NCBI GenBank assembly: GCA_051453625.1
Contig: JBOZIK010000001.1
Span: 20,492,059 to 20,556,058, forward strand
Origin: Welwitschia mirabilis
Taxonomy: Eukaryota
Direction of reading: 5' to 3'
DNA: 64,000 nucleotides
A program made the translations under genes and the position numbers. Under the pieces are notes generated by a model, which saw nothing but the letters and a program-made list of their open reading frames with translations, made no database searches and was not told where the DNA came from. Each line of letters begins with the position of its first letter. Positions within the stretch are counted from its first letter, which is position 1. Below are positions 1-11,700 of this stretch, piece after piece.

Positions 1-1075
1 CCATAACAGAGGAGTTGGGGGGAGGGGGGGTCACAGAGGACAGGACATCAGAAATCACAGAGAGATGAAGATAGAAGAGGACGGCAGAAACGCCAAGGCA
101 CAAAGCGAAGAGGATAAGACACATTACAGCACATAGGAGGAACGCCATTACGGCTAAAGACACAAAAACCATAAAACGCTTAACAGACACATAGAGGGGA
201 AGGCAGAGACTAGCGGAGGCAGATGCAGGGATGAGTACATCATCAGGGATGCAAGGCGAAACAGAGGATCAGAAGGCACAGACCAACAGAACTAGAACAC
301 GCATCGAATCACTGAGGAAAGCATCCAGAGAAGGGGGCACCATAGCGCAAACACCAAAGAGAGGCCATTCACGAGATAAAAACATAGAGAACATAGTGAA
401 CAGAGGCAATTTTTAGAGAAGGAACAACGCAACACAAAAAAAAAGAAGGAGACCAACGCAGTGAGAAATACCAGTAAAAAAAGACACATCGAAATAGTAG
501 AAAAGGGAATCGGCCAGAGAGAGGAGACACGTTCATAGAGAACGCACAGCAATAATTGCCCACCCAGAGGTGAGATAAGACGCATCAGGAAGAAGACCAC
601 CAAAAATGCGGATCAGCAGAAGATTAGAAATGCATAACGGTGAATGACATCAAAATGCCAACAAGGACAGAAATGAAGAACAGTGAGAGGAACGACGCAG
701 AAGAATGCTAATGAAATGGTGAGTGGACAACAATGGACGAGTGCAACAAAAGGCGTGCATCAAATAGCAGAGACACAGAGTTAAAAAAAAGGGAAAATCC
801 AATATGCAAGGCATCAGGGGGAATAGATCGCATGCACAGGAGGAACGACACGGAGGAATGACGGGTAAAGTCCAAAAGACGCAGGGGATCTAGAAGCAGG
901 CACCGGGAGAACGCCCAGCGAAAAAGGGCCAACGATAGAGAAACGCCCATCAAGAAGAGAAAACGCAAAGCACACCGCAGTAAGGCAGTCAATGTCACGC
1001 CGCTAGAACAGCAGCAAATCGGTAGACAAGAAATAACACACACCAGCAAGAGAAAAGTTAACAGTAAGCAAAAGC
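1..1075. other. Purine-rich, T-poor, CpG-retaining block of unknown nature (possibly low-quality assembly sequence)
   Basis: Strongly A/G-biased plus strand with no clear period and no credible ORF. Composition switches abruptly to AT-rich at about 1080. Confidence 0.5.
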
Positions 1076-2919
1076 ACCTTAGGTTTCTTTATTTTCTAGG
1101 TTCTAAAACCTTTTGTTCTTTTTTTTTTTTTTTGTCGTCTGCATTGTTTTACATTATTCCCACTTCCAAATGGCCAAATAAATCTCAAATTAGAAGCAAA
1201 TCATTTTTGTCATTTCCTTCATCTCACGACGATCTAGCGGCGTTTTATTGCTCTGCAAATTTCGAATTACATTCACATCTTTCTTAATCTCAGCCGGATC
1301 TCTGAAAATGTAGACCCATTCATTTCAATTGCAATTCGATCAATTACTTGTAGCAATTGTTATTATATAGTTCTTTTTGCTTACCCTTGCACACGCGAAT
1401 TACTATTTTCAAAGTATCTCTATTAAACTAAAAGATTTTACATGTTCTTCTCCCCTATAAAATCCAACCTATTTTATTATTTAATTTTATTTGCTTCATG
1501 CAACAAGATTCATAAAAAAAAAAAAAAGATATATTAGATTTAAATTTCCTTTTTAATGTCTCTAAAGAAAGCATTCTTTCTTAATTCATAAACTTTGGCA
1601 TCTTGTTTTGTTGGAAGATTTGATGATCCAAATTTCACGTCGTATAACGACAACATTCATATAAAGATATATTCATAATCTATATTTTTCATTTGGATAT
1701 AGTTTTCCTTTGGGTACTTCAGCTATCTCAAAAAATACTTGTTATAGAGGCATTATTATTGTATATCCTCATAACCTTCCAAACTTATAGGTTTAATTAA
1801 AGATTCAAAATTCTTATGTGAGTTTTTTGGGTGCACATTAAGTATTAGTTTATTTTTTATTTATTTTCTATTTTAAAAAAAGGTCTTTATTTTCCCTTAT
1901 CGTAGAATGTCTATGTTTTCCCATATTAAGGAATATTTTATTGCCCATTAATAAGGCACACATGTTAGGAATATCTTCATCCTATATGAAGGATATGATT
2001 CTTTTCATTACGATCATTTAATTCATTCTTTAATTGTTTTTAATACAATTGTAAGTCTATATTTTTTATTTATCCTTTCTTTCATTCTCTTTACATGCAT
2101 TTTTACCTTCTAATCAAGCTAGTAATAGTGATTATATGTTTTTACCTTAAAGATAAAGAAGACAATACTTGGAAATCTCAAGTCTTTAGAGAAATCAAAC
2201 TATAAAATATTAAGTTGTGTAAGTATGCCTTTCATCTCATCTAGATGAAGGTTTAAGTAACCACATTCTTTTAACTTACAACTAAGAGTCTTATTTAGAA
2301 TATAGAACATATTCATACAAGAGGGTTTATCATGCCATGATTATAAAGGGTATAATAATGATATTAAAGTTAATATGGTATAAAATCTTATAATTCTAGA
2401 AAGGGCATTACTATAAGATGAATAATAAAATATTAGAAATAGTATGATTGTCATGAAAAATACATAAAATTAAATTGGTCATTAATGTTATAATAAAATG
2501 GTTTTGGTGTCAAATTTAGTAATACCCCTATTTTGTTCTAATAAGGCATCTGCTATGTCACTCTAGTTTGTATTAAAAATAAGGTAGAGTCATATCATAT
2601 CATTTCGTAGCTCATAATATTTCTTGCAGAAAATACTTTTTTTTTTTTTTTGGAGTTAGTCTCCATGAAATATCCTTAATTTTTCTTTAGATTTTGATTC
2701 TACAATTTTCTCTAGCAATTTAAAAATGTTTATATGTTTGGGCTTCATTTGCTATAATACATTTGTTTTTTTCTTAATCATCAAAATTAAAAAGGAGGGC
2801 GTACTATTCTTATGGTTCAAAGCTTATAGCTTTTGAGAATATCAATATGTATAATTCTATATCCTCATTAGCCACTGTGTCTTTTTACTTGAAATTTTCT
2901 AATTTCAACTAGTTCACAA

Positions 2920-3800
2920 ATTTGAAACCATATGTTTGCAGCTCATGGGGTTATGTCTATCAAGATCATATAAGAATTATTTTTCTATGAACTATTGCCT
3001 ATTATTATGTTTACTTTATTCATGCATTAATACTAGTATATCTTCAAAATAATTTAGCCTCACCTTTTTATAGCTTGTGGCTCATAGCATTTTTAATACT
3101 GATCCTTGTTAATAGACTTATCTCTCCTAGTCACAGTGCTCTTTTTGCTAACATCATGAATATTTTAATCTAAGAAATGGAGCCCATACATTAATGGCCC
3201 ATGACTCATGGAATCCTCAACATAGTAGTATATGCAAGACCTTATTCCTATTGGCCATCATTTTTATTTAAGAAATGGAGCTTATTTTTATGGCTTATGG
3301 TGTGCAGCATTTGATATATCGACTATCATCTATAGTTTTATACCTGTCATCCACTGTGCTATTCTAGTGTTATGAATATAATAATTTCAGGAATTGAGCC
3401 CATGAATTCATGACTCGTAGCTCACAACATCTTGAATAGAGGAGCTTATAAAATATCCTATCCCCACCATCTACCATTTATTACCACTTCTATAAGTTAT
3501 TTGGTAAATCAGGCTTACACCTTCATAGCTTACCCCTTGTAGCATTTGGTATATTAAATATCATCTATAATCTTGACCTATCACTCGTCACATGGATTAA
3601 ATAAATTAGGTTCCTATCCTTAGGCTTGTGGCTATTGGTATTTGAGTTGTAAAATCAACTATATATGTTATCTTTCATGACCCACTACTTCTATCTTTAA
3701 TTTAAGGAATCTTAGACTTTTGTACTAATCTTATATCATGCCTCATGGCCTACAACTTTTATTAAGATAATCAATCCCTACACATATTTTTCCTTCATCC
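2920..3800 (+). repeat. Degenerate tandem array, unit about 100-120 bp
   Basis: A recurring motif like agaaatggagcc...tcatg(a/g)ct(c/t)(a/g)tggc..(a/g)gcattt appears near 3050, 3172, 3270, 3390, 3505, 3602 and 3705. Confidence 0.55.
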
Positions 3801-4099
3801 ATGATATACTTGAGAATTCATTTAAACTATTCCATTTATGAATTTCTAAAGATGACTATCATTCTTTTAAAGTATAATAGTTTTATTTAAATTAACCCTT
3901 ATTAATGTTAAAGGACTAATTAAATGAGCTTAACTTATCATATCAATTTGGATTATTTCTATCTAGTTAATTCAAGACAAAACTATTATCCTAAGCTAGG
4001 AAATTTAAATTCAAAACTATAGGCAGGTTAAAATATATTTAATGCTTTTCTTTTTACAAACCGTTGCTAGAATCAGAATCTCATTTTTCATTTTTAGCT

Positions 4100-7050
4100 C
4101 ACAGAATTATTCTTGATGGTTTCTAAGGATGTTTTACAAAGGCCCATGCATAAGTATGTAGAATTAGATAACCATCTATTAAAAATGCATTTTTTTCCTA
4201 GAATCATTTTCAAGAATGTGTTGCTAGTCAAAGAAATGTATGAGCTTCAATTTCCTCACTCTCATTCTTCAAATTCTGATCTTCTTCCCTCTTTGATTTT
4301 AGGATTTGAAGAAGCTCAGAAAATTAAAACTGCTAAAGAGTTCAAAGCTTTAATTACAGAAAATGATTTATAGTTACTAGTCTTTCACTAGTTCCCTAAT
4401 TTTTACTATGAATTTTTCTATAATCTGGAAAGAAATTTAATATACTTATCTTCTAAAGCTATGGTTCATTTTATTACAACTACTACATATTAAATCTATG
4501 ATGTTCTAATTCCTTTAGAAATCGATGAGTTTTCCATTGATAATGCTCACTATCACTAAGGGACTTTCCCAAAGAAATCTAGAATTTTAATGGATCCTAT
4601 TTAAAAATTTGGGGTTTTAAAGGTAAAGACTTCAAACAGCACCCCAGGTAGCAAGCTATGTATCTTGGAATGCTGTGTTATTTACATGGCCTATCAATAA
4701 CCATGGATAGTTAGATGATCTATGATTGATTTTCTATGAATAATGGGCTACCTTTTCACCTCACATAAGCACTCAACTATAGGCTTTTCCAAGAATTCCA
4801 ATAGTAATATGGGGTAGGCCCACAATATAAGTTTGGTCTCACATCCTGAATTATCAATTATATTTTATTTCCTTAAAGGATAATTGTATCAAAGAATGTA
4901 CCAAACTACATTTAACTACTGCTTGCTTCTTAGGGATAATTGTCTTGGATTGAGGAGATTTTTCTTATTACATATACAATGAACTTTTTTGATTTCTAGG
5001 TAAATGAACTTAACATGAATTTTTTTAACCTATATCTATTTTTTTTTTAATTTTCAATAAAAAGAAGTCTAGATTAGCACTAGAAATTATAGATAGAATA
5101 CAAAGCAATTTCTTTTTTGGTTGTGTTTATTTCCACTTTAATTTTATTGTAATTCATGTTACTAGGGTCAAAATTCCATCCAAAATGATGCCCATATTTG
5201 TTACATCATATCTTTGCATGTTGGATGCATTCAAACTATGATAGAATGTTAGAAATAAGTTATCACAATAAAATACTATGATATTAACCTAGTCTTCTCA
5301 TATTAGAGATTGGTTTTGTAGTGGTATAGTAATGATGGATAGATATCTAAAAAAGCTACATATCTAGCTTATCCATTCTATGCCAGCAAGGTCTTTAATG
5401 GAGGCACTCAAATTAAATTGCCTAAGCCTGATTTCATACATAACAAATATATTGACGACGAGCTCTATTTTGGATATAGAGATGATTTGGAAGTAGAAAG
5501 AAAGAAATGAGCATTTGTAAATTCAAATCCTTCTCTAGGAGCTGAAGTCTCTAAGCCCGTCAATTATTCACATCCACAAGCCCTGAAGCCGATAGAAGTT
5601 TCGAAATCAATTCTCTAGTTTCCAATGAGTGAATAAATTTACTAATTCAAGGAGATCATTTAAGGGCTATTACATTAACAAATCAAGCTTAATGTCCCTT
5701 TACTAATAGTTCATCTTTAGTAGCCAAATTTCAAGAAGAAGGTCTAGATTTATACCTTTTAGTTTTTCTAAAAAGAAGTCTAAAGGAAATCAGACAACAA
5801 ATACCACTGCCTGCTATAGAGGAAGTGGGGACTTACTCCTTGCAAATTTAAACATCAATGGAGTTTCCTCCTCCTCTGCCCCTTATTGATTTAAAGAAGG
5901 GTTTAGTTAAAATTACAATAAGAGGATTATATTTTTTAATTAAAGACCTAATGTCCTTGATTTTGAAGCAAAAATAAGATAGATGTAACTCTAAAAAAGT
6001 CTTATATAGATGTAAGAAACAAAGGTCCAATTGTTCATGGTAATTCGTTGATGACCTATTATCTTATATAAAGAATTCTTGTTAATTGTTCTCTATGATA
6101 CTAAGAATATCATAGAAGAATGATCTAAGGATAAGACAGACCAATAATGGCTACATGTTATGCTAGAGGCTGAAAGAATAGACCTGCATGCCATCTCCTT
6201 AGAACTCCCAGCATTAAAAGGTAACATAAAAGTAATGGATGTTGAGATTAATAAATTAAAGCTAAAATCATAGTAAAAAAAGAATTAAAAGCTAAGTATC
6301 CATATTATTTAAATATACAAAAAGATATTTTGAGGTGGTTTATCTTTGAAGTAGAAAATAGCAAGTCTGAGTTAATGTTTCTTAAAGAACAACTTAGTCA
6401 TAAGGGTACAAAGATCTTATCCCTAAAGATTCAATCCAACTCCTTTGTAAATTAAATAATGATCTTTGGGAGTAGCTTTAAAAAAAGGAGCAATATATTA
6501 AAACTCTTATAATCTTATGCCTCAATTTGAATCAAATTTTGAGTAATTGGTAAAAGTTACACTCACATCTCATTTCGTTATCTGATCAGTTACATACCTT
6601 TTCAGCAAACATTAGTTTGTAGCTTAATACTATAAAATCAATCATTGAAAAAGCTAAGTTAATATTAGAAATTATTATTTAATCTTTAAAAATGATTATG
6701 GTTGGCACCACTGAGGGTCATAATAAAAGGATAATCTCCTTATTTAAATAGTTTAATGAAAAGATAATTGTCAAATTAGTCCTAACAAATGTAGATATCA
6801 CAAATTCCAATCATTTATTAGAGGCATTTAAATGTTGTCTTAATTTATAAACTTCAATTCTTGATATAAAGGCTTAATTCTTAATGTCAGTACTTTGCCT
6901 CTAGAATATTTGCAAGATATAAGGAATGTGGTTAAAGACATTACTACCTAGCTTCATGAAGTTATTATATAAGCATAAAAAAATTTGAAGGACCTTTAAC
7001 AAATTAATTTTGATAAATTTAAAGAAGATGAATTGATTTTTCTTAATCAA
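4100..7050 (+). pseudogene. Decayed extra ORF of a Tat-like retroelement (N-terminus resembling plant retroelement accessory ORFs, C-terminus coiled-coil-like)
   Basis: ORF 4113-4373 continues through a stop into FPNFYYEFFYNL, which resembles the EFY.NL motif. The region 6150-7000 is K/E/L-rich and heptad-like (ELPALKGNIKVMDVEINKLKLK). Many stops and frameshifts. Confidence 0.45.
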
Positions 7051-7194
7051 GTATAACAATGACTTTTATTTAATTTTATATACTAAATGAACCCCAAATA
7101 ATTATATCTATAATTGGTTACACAATTGTCAACTAGTTCTTAACCAATTTTGCCTATTACAAATATATATTATAATGACATTAAAAAAATGGAA

Positions 7195-7785
7195 TGAAGA
7201 TTTTTTTAGAGAACTATCATAATGAAAATATTTCTCATTTTTTTGAATAATCTAATTAAGTGCTTACATAAATTTTTGGGCATTTGGTCTTGCTAATAAA
7301 ACTATCATTATAAAAGTTTTGTAAGTTTTCTAAACAAGCTTTTAAACTACTACTTAGGTTAATTGAATTGTCTACTATTTTAATTTTAATGGTTCTTTAT
7401 TACTTGCATAATGATTAATTTTTTAAAGTGAAAAAAAATCTTATCTATCACTAGTATATAACTCTAAGACTCATTAAAATTGTAGTTAAATGAATTTTGT
7501 GTTTTATTAGATTTATTTACTCTATGAAAGTTTTATAGTTTAAGATCCTCCTATTATTACTAGAGTCAAATTAGTTATTTAAATTATTATTAATTATCTT
7601 TAATACATCTTGGATATAATTCTTTAGGATTTATTAATCTTAATCATTAGTTCTACCAAGCTATTAGAAAAGTTACTTGTACTTTAGGTTCTAACCTATG
7701 AAACCACCATTGTGAACTTTAAAATAGTGATCATTGTTGATCATTTAGTGTTATAATTAAAGAATGAAAATTTCATGAACAAACA
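7195..7785 (+). repeat. Probable Tat-element LTR (TG...CA)
   Basis: Starts tgaaga after the purine tract aaaaaaatggaa and ends aacaaaca immediately before a PBS-like motif. The left boundary is inferred because no partner LTR was found. Confidence 0.5.
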
Positions 7786-7789
7786 TTTT

Positions 7790-7807
7790 TGGCACTAGAA
7801 CAAGGAT
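7790..7807 (+). promoter_or_regulatory. Primer-binding site, Tat type (degenerate TGGCGCTAGAAGGAGG)
   Basis: ...aaaca tttt tggcactagaacaagga, followed about 200 bp later by gag-like coding sequence. Confidence 0.6.
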
Positions 7808-8188
7808 GGGATTTTGTTTTCTTAGTGTATGTTTTTTGCCTCTTCAAATTCATAATTAATACAAAAAGATATATACCAAAATTCTTAGATACCTTTTACC
7901 CTAAATATTTTTTTGAATGCCCCTAACCAAATTATTACCTATAGAATATCTAACAAGTTAAATCTCCCTATTGACCAAAAGTCTCTTTTAACTCATAAAT
8001 ATCAAGGAAGAAGGGTCATGGCTAATCCCCTTCCTCTTGTTGGAATGGTACTTTAAATTTTCAAACCTTTAATCCTATTCCTAAGAGTGTAAAACATTTC
8101 CTTCTTGAACTATTCTATCCTACCAAGTTTATCATTCTAAAAGAATTTATGAAGGCTTTTAAATCTTAATTTAGTTCTTAATAACTAC

Positions 8189-9776
8189 TGTCACATCTAG
8201 ATTTTTAAGATCCAATATTCTAAATAATTCTTAATGTTATAAAGCCTCTAGCTAATTTAATTATTGCATGTATTTATGTTTTGACGTAAGTCATGTAATT
8301 TTATCTTTAAAATTTTGTGCTATAATTCCTCACATTTTGTACTAGTCATAATATTACCTTTGTTGAAAATTCTTAGTGATCCAATTATGATTCTATAGTT
8401 GTTAAATTATTGTAACTATCACACTTATATCTATTTAATCTAGAAAATATCTTTTATGTGATTTTTGTACATTACTTATTATTATTGCATGATAAGCATT
8501 GTTATTTACTGCTAAGATATTAATGCACCCAGTGGCCTGGTAAGGAATTGAATAAGGGTGTTACAAAATTCCTACCACTTTCAGCACCATAACCACCCTC
8601 CTTTATGATGAGATCTTTTCATATTCTTATGTCCTTTCATATTCCATGTCCTCAACTATAAATAAGATCCTCTTCTCCTTTCATTTGATATCTTGAGAAG
8701 CCTTTGCTATCAAACCTTGGAGCTTCAATAAGCCTTGAAACCTTAGAGCCTTAGAATTTTTAGAGTATTATGGTTTTATAATCTTCATTTTATTCTTGTC
8801 TTGTTCTTGATTTTTCATTTGTTTTCTTACATGGTTCTTATCTTGTGCATCTCAAATAACCTTTATTTTTGAATGATTTTAGTATTCATGTAATTCTTAT
8901 AAAGTTCTTGCATATTGATAAAGTTTGCATTCAGACTACATACACCCCATGTTAGTATTATCTTAGGTACTTTACATCATAATCATTCCCATCTTGTCTA
9001 AGTATTATGATGATTTGTTGATTTGACTTGTTTGGTTTTCGACCTTGGCTAATGATTTTTAGATAAAACTAAAACTGGCTAAGGTAACCAGTTATTTGAA
9101 CTTTAGAGAGTGATACTCTCTAAAGAAAGTCCTAAGGCCATGGGACCAAACTTCTAGGATGAATAGAAAAAATGCGACTAATTTACCATTTGTCCCTCCT
9201 GGATTATGTGCAACTGGATTACCAAATCTGTTATGGAGTAATAATTAGAAAAGTGATAAGCTCAAAATGGAGTCTTAATCATTGCTGATTTATTTTCATT
9301 ATCCCTTCTTTACTTGAGAATCCCTTTTCATTCCATACCTTATCATGGATCATACTAAGAACTATGTAGGTTACAGTTCTCACACCATGTTATTTATGTT
9401 TAGTAAGTGACTGAGTGGAACATAGTAAAAGCTAATTTACCTTACCAAGGAAGGCATTTTAAATGTTGATTTTCTAGCTTATGCATTAGAATTTATTAAA
9501 ATGGAGAGATTTTTCATCATTATAACTTATAATTTATTATATCTTGTAGTTGGTCTTTGACATATAATGATTCTTGAATTATCTTGGAAATAAGAAGTAT
9601 TTATTTTCTTGTGTATTTAAACATTATGTAACTTATTTATATCCTTTACCTATAAAAGTTACTTATAAATGTATTTTGTATGCATTTAGATTGATTTAAG
9701 AATTGTTGGCTTAAATATTTAATAAAAGTATTCATGAAAGTTTAAGCTTTAAGTTATGGAAAACTAGAATGTTACA
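8189..9776 (+). repeat. 5' LTR of Tekay-like element
   Basis: tgtcacatct...gaatgttaca, colinear with 14869-16576. Confidence 0.92.
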
Positions 9777-9779
9777 TTT

Positions 9780-9791
9780 TGATATCAGAGC
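9780..9791 (+). promoter_or_regulatory. PBS (initiator tRNA-Met type, degenerate TGGTATCAGAGC)
   Basis: tgatatcagagc, 3 nt after the LTR end. Confidence 0.85.
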
Positions 9792-10489
9792 ACCCTAGGT
9801 TACAAATTCACTAAGAGTAATCATTGTAAGGACATATACATTTCAACATTAAAGCCTAGGTTGTGGTTTCACTGGGTATAATTGTTGTAAATCTATTATA
9901 AGTCTTAGCATTAAGATTAAGAATTCATAATGTGTGCTTATTGAATTAGTAGAATTAGTAGAGTTACATAGGTAATAAGATCCTTCTCTTCTATTTTGGA
10001 TAGAAATTCAACATATTCTTGTCTTCCACATGGATGTCCATTAATTTGATATTTTAGTTTTATATCTAAAATTAAGTCCTCAAACGTATGAAGGAACTAA
10101 TAGCCGTGTTACAGATCTTGATATAGAGAGGCTAATAATAATTTGAAGGTTGATACATTTTACCATTGACTAGGATTTGCACAAGATAGTTTTCATTAAA
10201 AAACGTTAAAAAGATAAGAGTGAGACTCTAAAGTTTTTATGATTTAGCATTATTTGTCTTTGCAATAAGTGATTTTTATAAATAAGAAGTATAATGAGAA
10301 AGGCTAATATCAAAGGAGTTGCAAATAGCATGTGTGTGAATAACAAAAAAATCTTTGGAAGTTTTATAAAGTTTATACAATTTAAAAAATAACTATAAAA
10401 ATGAGAAACAAGGATCGCTTAGAGGAAACAAAGTCACAGCATGTAACTTACATCATTAGCATTACCAGTCAATGAGCTAAAATAAGGCT

Positions 10490-10970
10490 TCAACCTCTGC
10501 GACTTAATCCAGATGGCATTAAGCTCATCCTTACCATCATATAAAAACTGAACAGAATTTTCTACTGTCCTATTATAGTAAGCCATAACATCTTTCATTA
10601 CCTTAACTAATCTTCTCTTGATGTAACCTCTTTTTATAGTTTTAACTATTGTATCAATAAGCTCTTCTTGGCCTTCCATGGTATGGAAGAAGAACTCCTA
10701 CAAAGTAAGCTCTTTAGAATTTTTCAATAAATCCTCAGCTCTCTGAATCCTTATTATCTTAGATGAAATGGAAGATTCTTATCATGAAAACCATAGTGAA
10801 TTCATTTCCCTTTAATGTTTTATTAACTGATATAGGTTGTCATCTGAGATTCATTGATGAAACTTCTTTGGAATCTACTGTAATCATTGCCCTTAGATTA
10901 CACTTGTCCAACAAGCTTTTCTATGCAAAGTTCGTACATTATCTCGAGCCTTATTCAAAAACCTACTCAC
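10490..10970 (-). pseudogene. NRPB1: Captured fragment of RNA polymerase II largest subunit (funnel to bridge-helix region), decayed
   Basis: The minus strand reads VSRFLNKARDN..KSLLDKCNLRAMITVDSK..SFINESQMT..NIKGK*IHYGF..ES*GFIENS..LTL*EFFFHTMEGQEELIDTIVKTIKRGYIKRRLVKVMKDVMAYYNRTVENSVQFLYDGKDELNAIWIKSQRL. This is colinear with RPB1 [88 protein letters not shown]. Confidence 0.93.
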
Positions 10971-11129
10971 AAAGAAGCCCTAAAAGTAGATTTATAGTTA
11001 TAAGATCCATCTAAATATAATGTCCAACATTTTGCCATTTGTTTTTAATCGCTCAAGTTATTAAGAGAAATAATGGTAAAGATTGAAAGAGAGTGATTTT
11101 AATCAAGGAAAGAAAATAGGGCCATTTTT

Positions 11130-11700
11130 TATTTTAAGTAACAGTTCAAACAATTCAAGCCTTCCACCACATCCCATGTAAACTTCTGTTGCTAGCGATA
11201 ACCTTTACCAGCAAAGTCTTCTTAGGAATTCTAGCCTCCTTAACATAAAATTCTCTAATAGTTTTGAGCTCTATGATGAAATTCTTAAGAGTGGAATTAA
11301 ACCCAATGTCAGAACTTCTAGGACTATGATAAATGCCTATTGCAATAAAGAAAACATTGATAATGCTGCAAAACTATTTGAAGAATGGATATCATAGGTT
11401 ATTCACTCAATGTAGTGGCTTTTAACATTCTGATTAATGGTCCTTACAAAAAGATTTTTCTTAAGAAGGCATTGGAATTAAAGAAAACACAAAATGTGTG
11501 TATTAAGGTTTTTACCTAGTACTTTCACTTACATCATTATAATTAATGCTTTTCGTAAAGGTAAGAGATCTTAAGAATACAAGTTTACTAATTTAGAACA
11601 TGTCATCTAGAGAATTGACTTTTCATGTTGTTACCTTTAATTCTTAATTGAAGGCTTTATAGAAAAGGTGATATGGACAATGCTTTATAGATAGATGAGC
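11130..11700 (+). pseudogene. Captured pentatricopeptide-repeat (P-class PPR) gene fragment, about 4 repeats, decayed
   Basis: FELYDEILKSGIKPNVRTSRTMINAYCNKENIDNAAKLFEE / GYSLNVVAFNILINGPYKK..ALEL / STFTYIIIINAFRKGK / HVVTFNS-LIEGF..KGDMDNAL, with frameshifts and about 35-aa spacing. Confidence 0.88.

Noticed and set aside
231-1049. ORFs in the purine-rich block
   Set aside because: They are by-products of T-poor composition (few stops) and contain no recognisable motifs.
1771-1788. 18-bp exact match ataaccttccaaacttat shared with 41383-41400
   Set aside because: There is no convincing extended flanking homology, and such a match is plausible by chance in AT-rich 64 kb.
10434-10679. Functional NRPB1 exon of a large-intron host gene
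   Set aside because: It lies inside a TSD-bounded retroelement and has stops, frameshifts and substitutions at invariant residues (GGREG to EGQEE).
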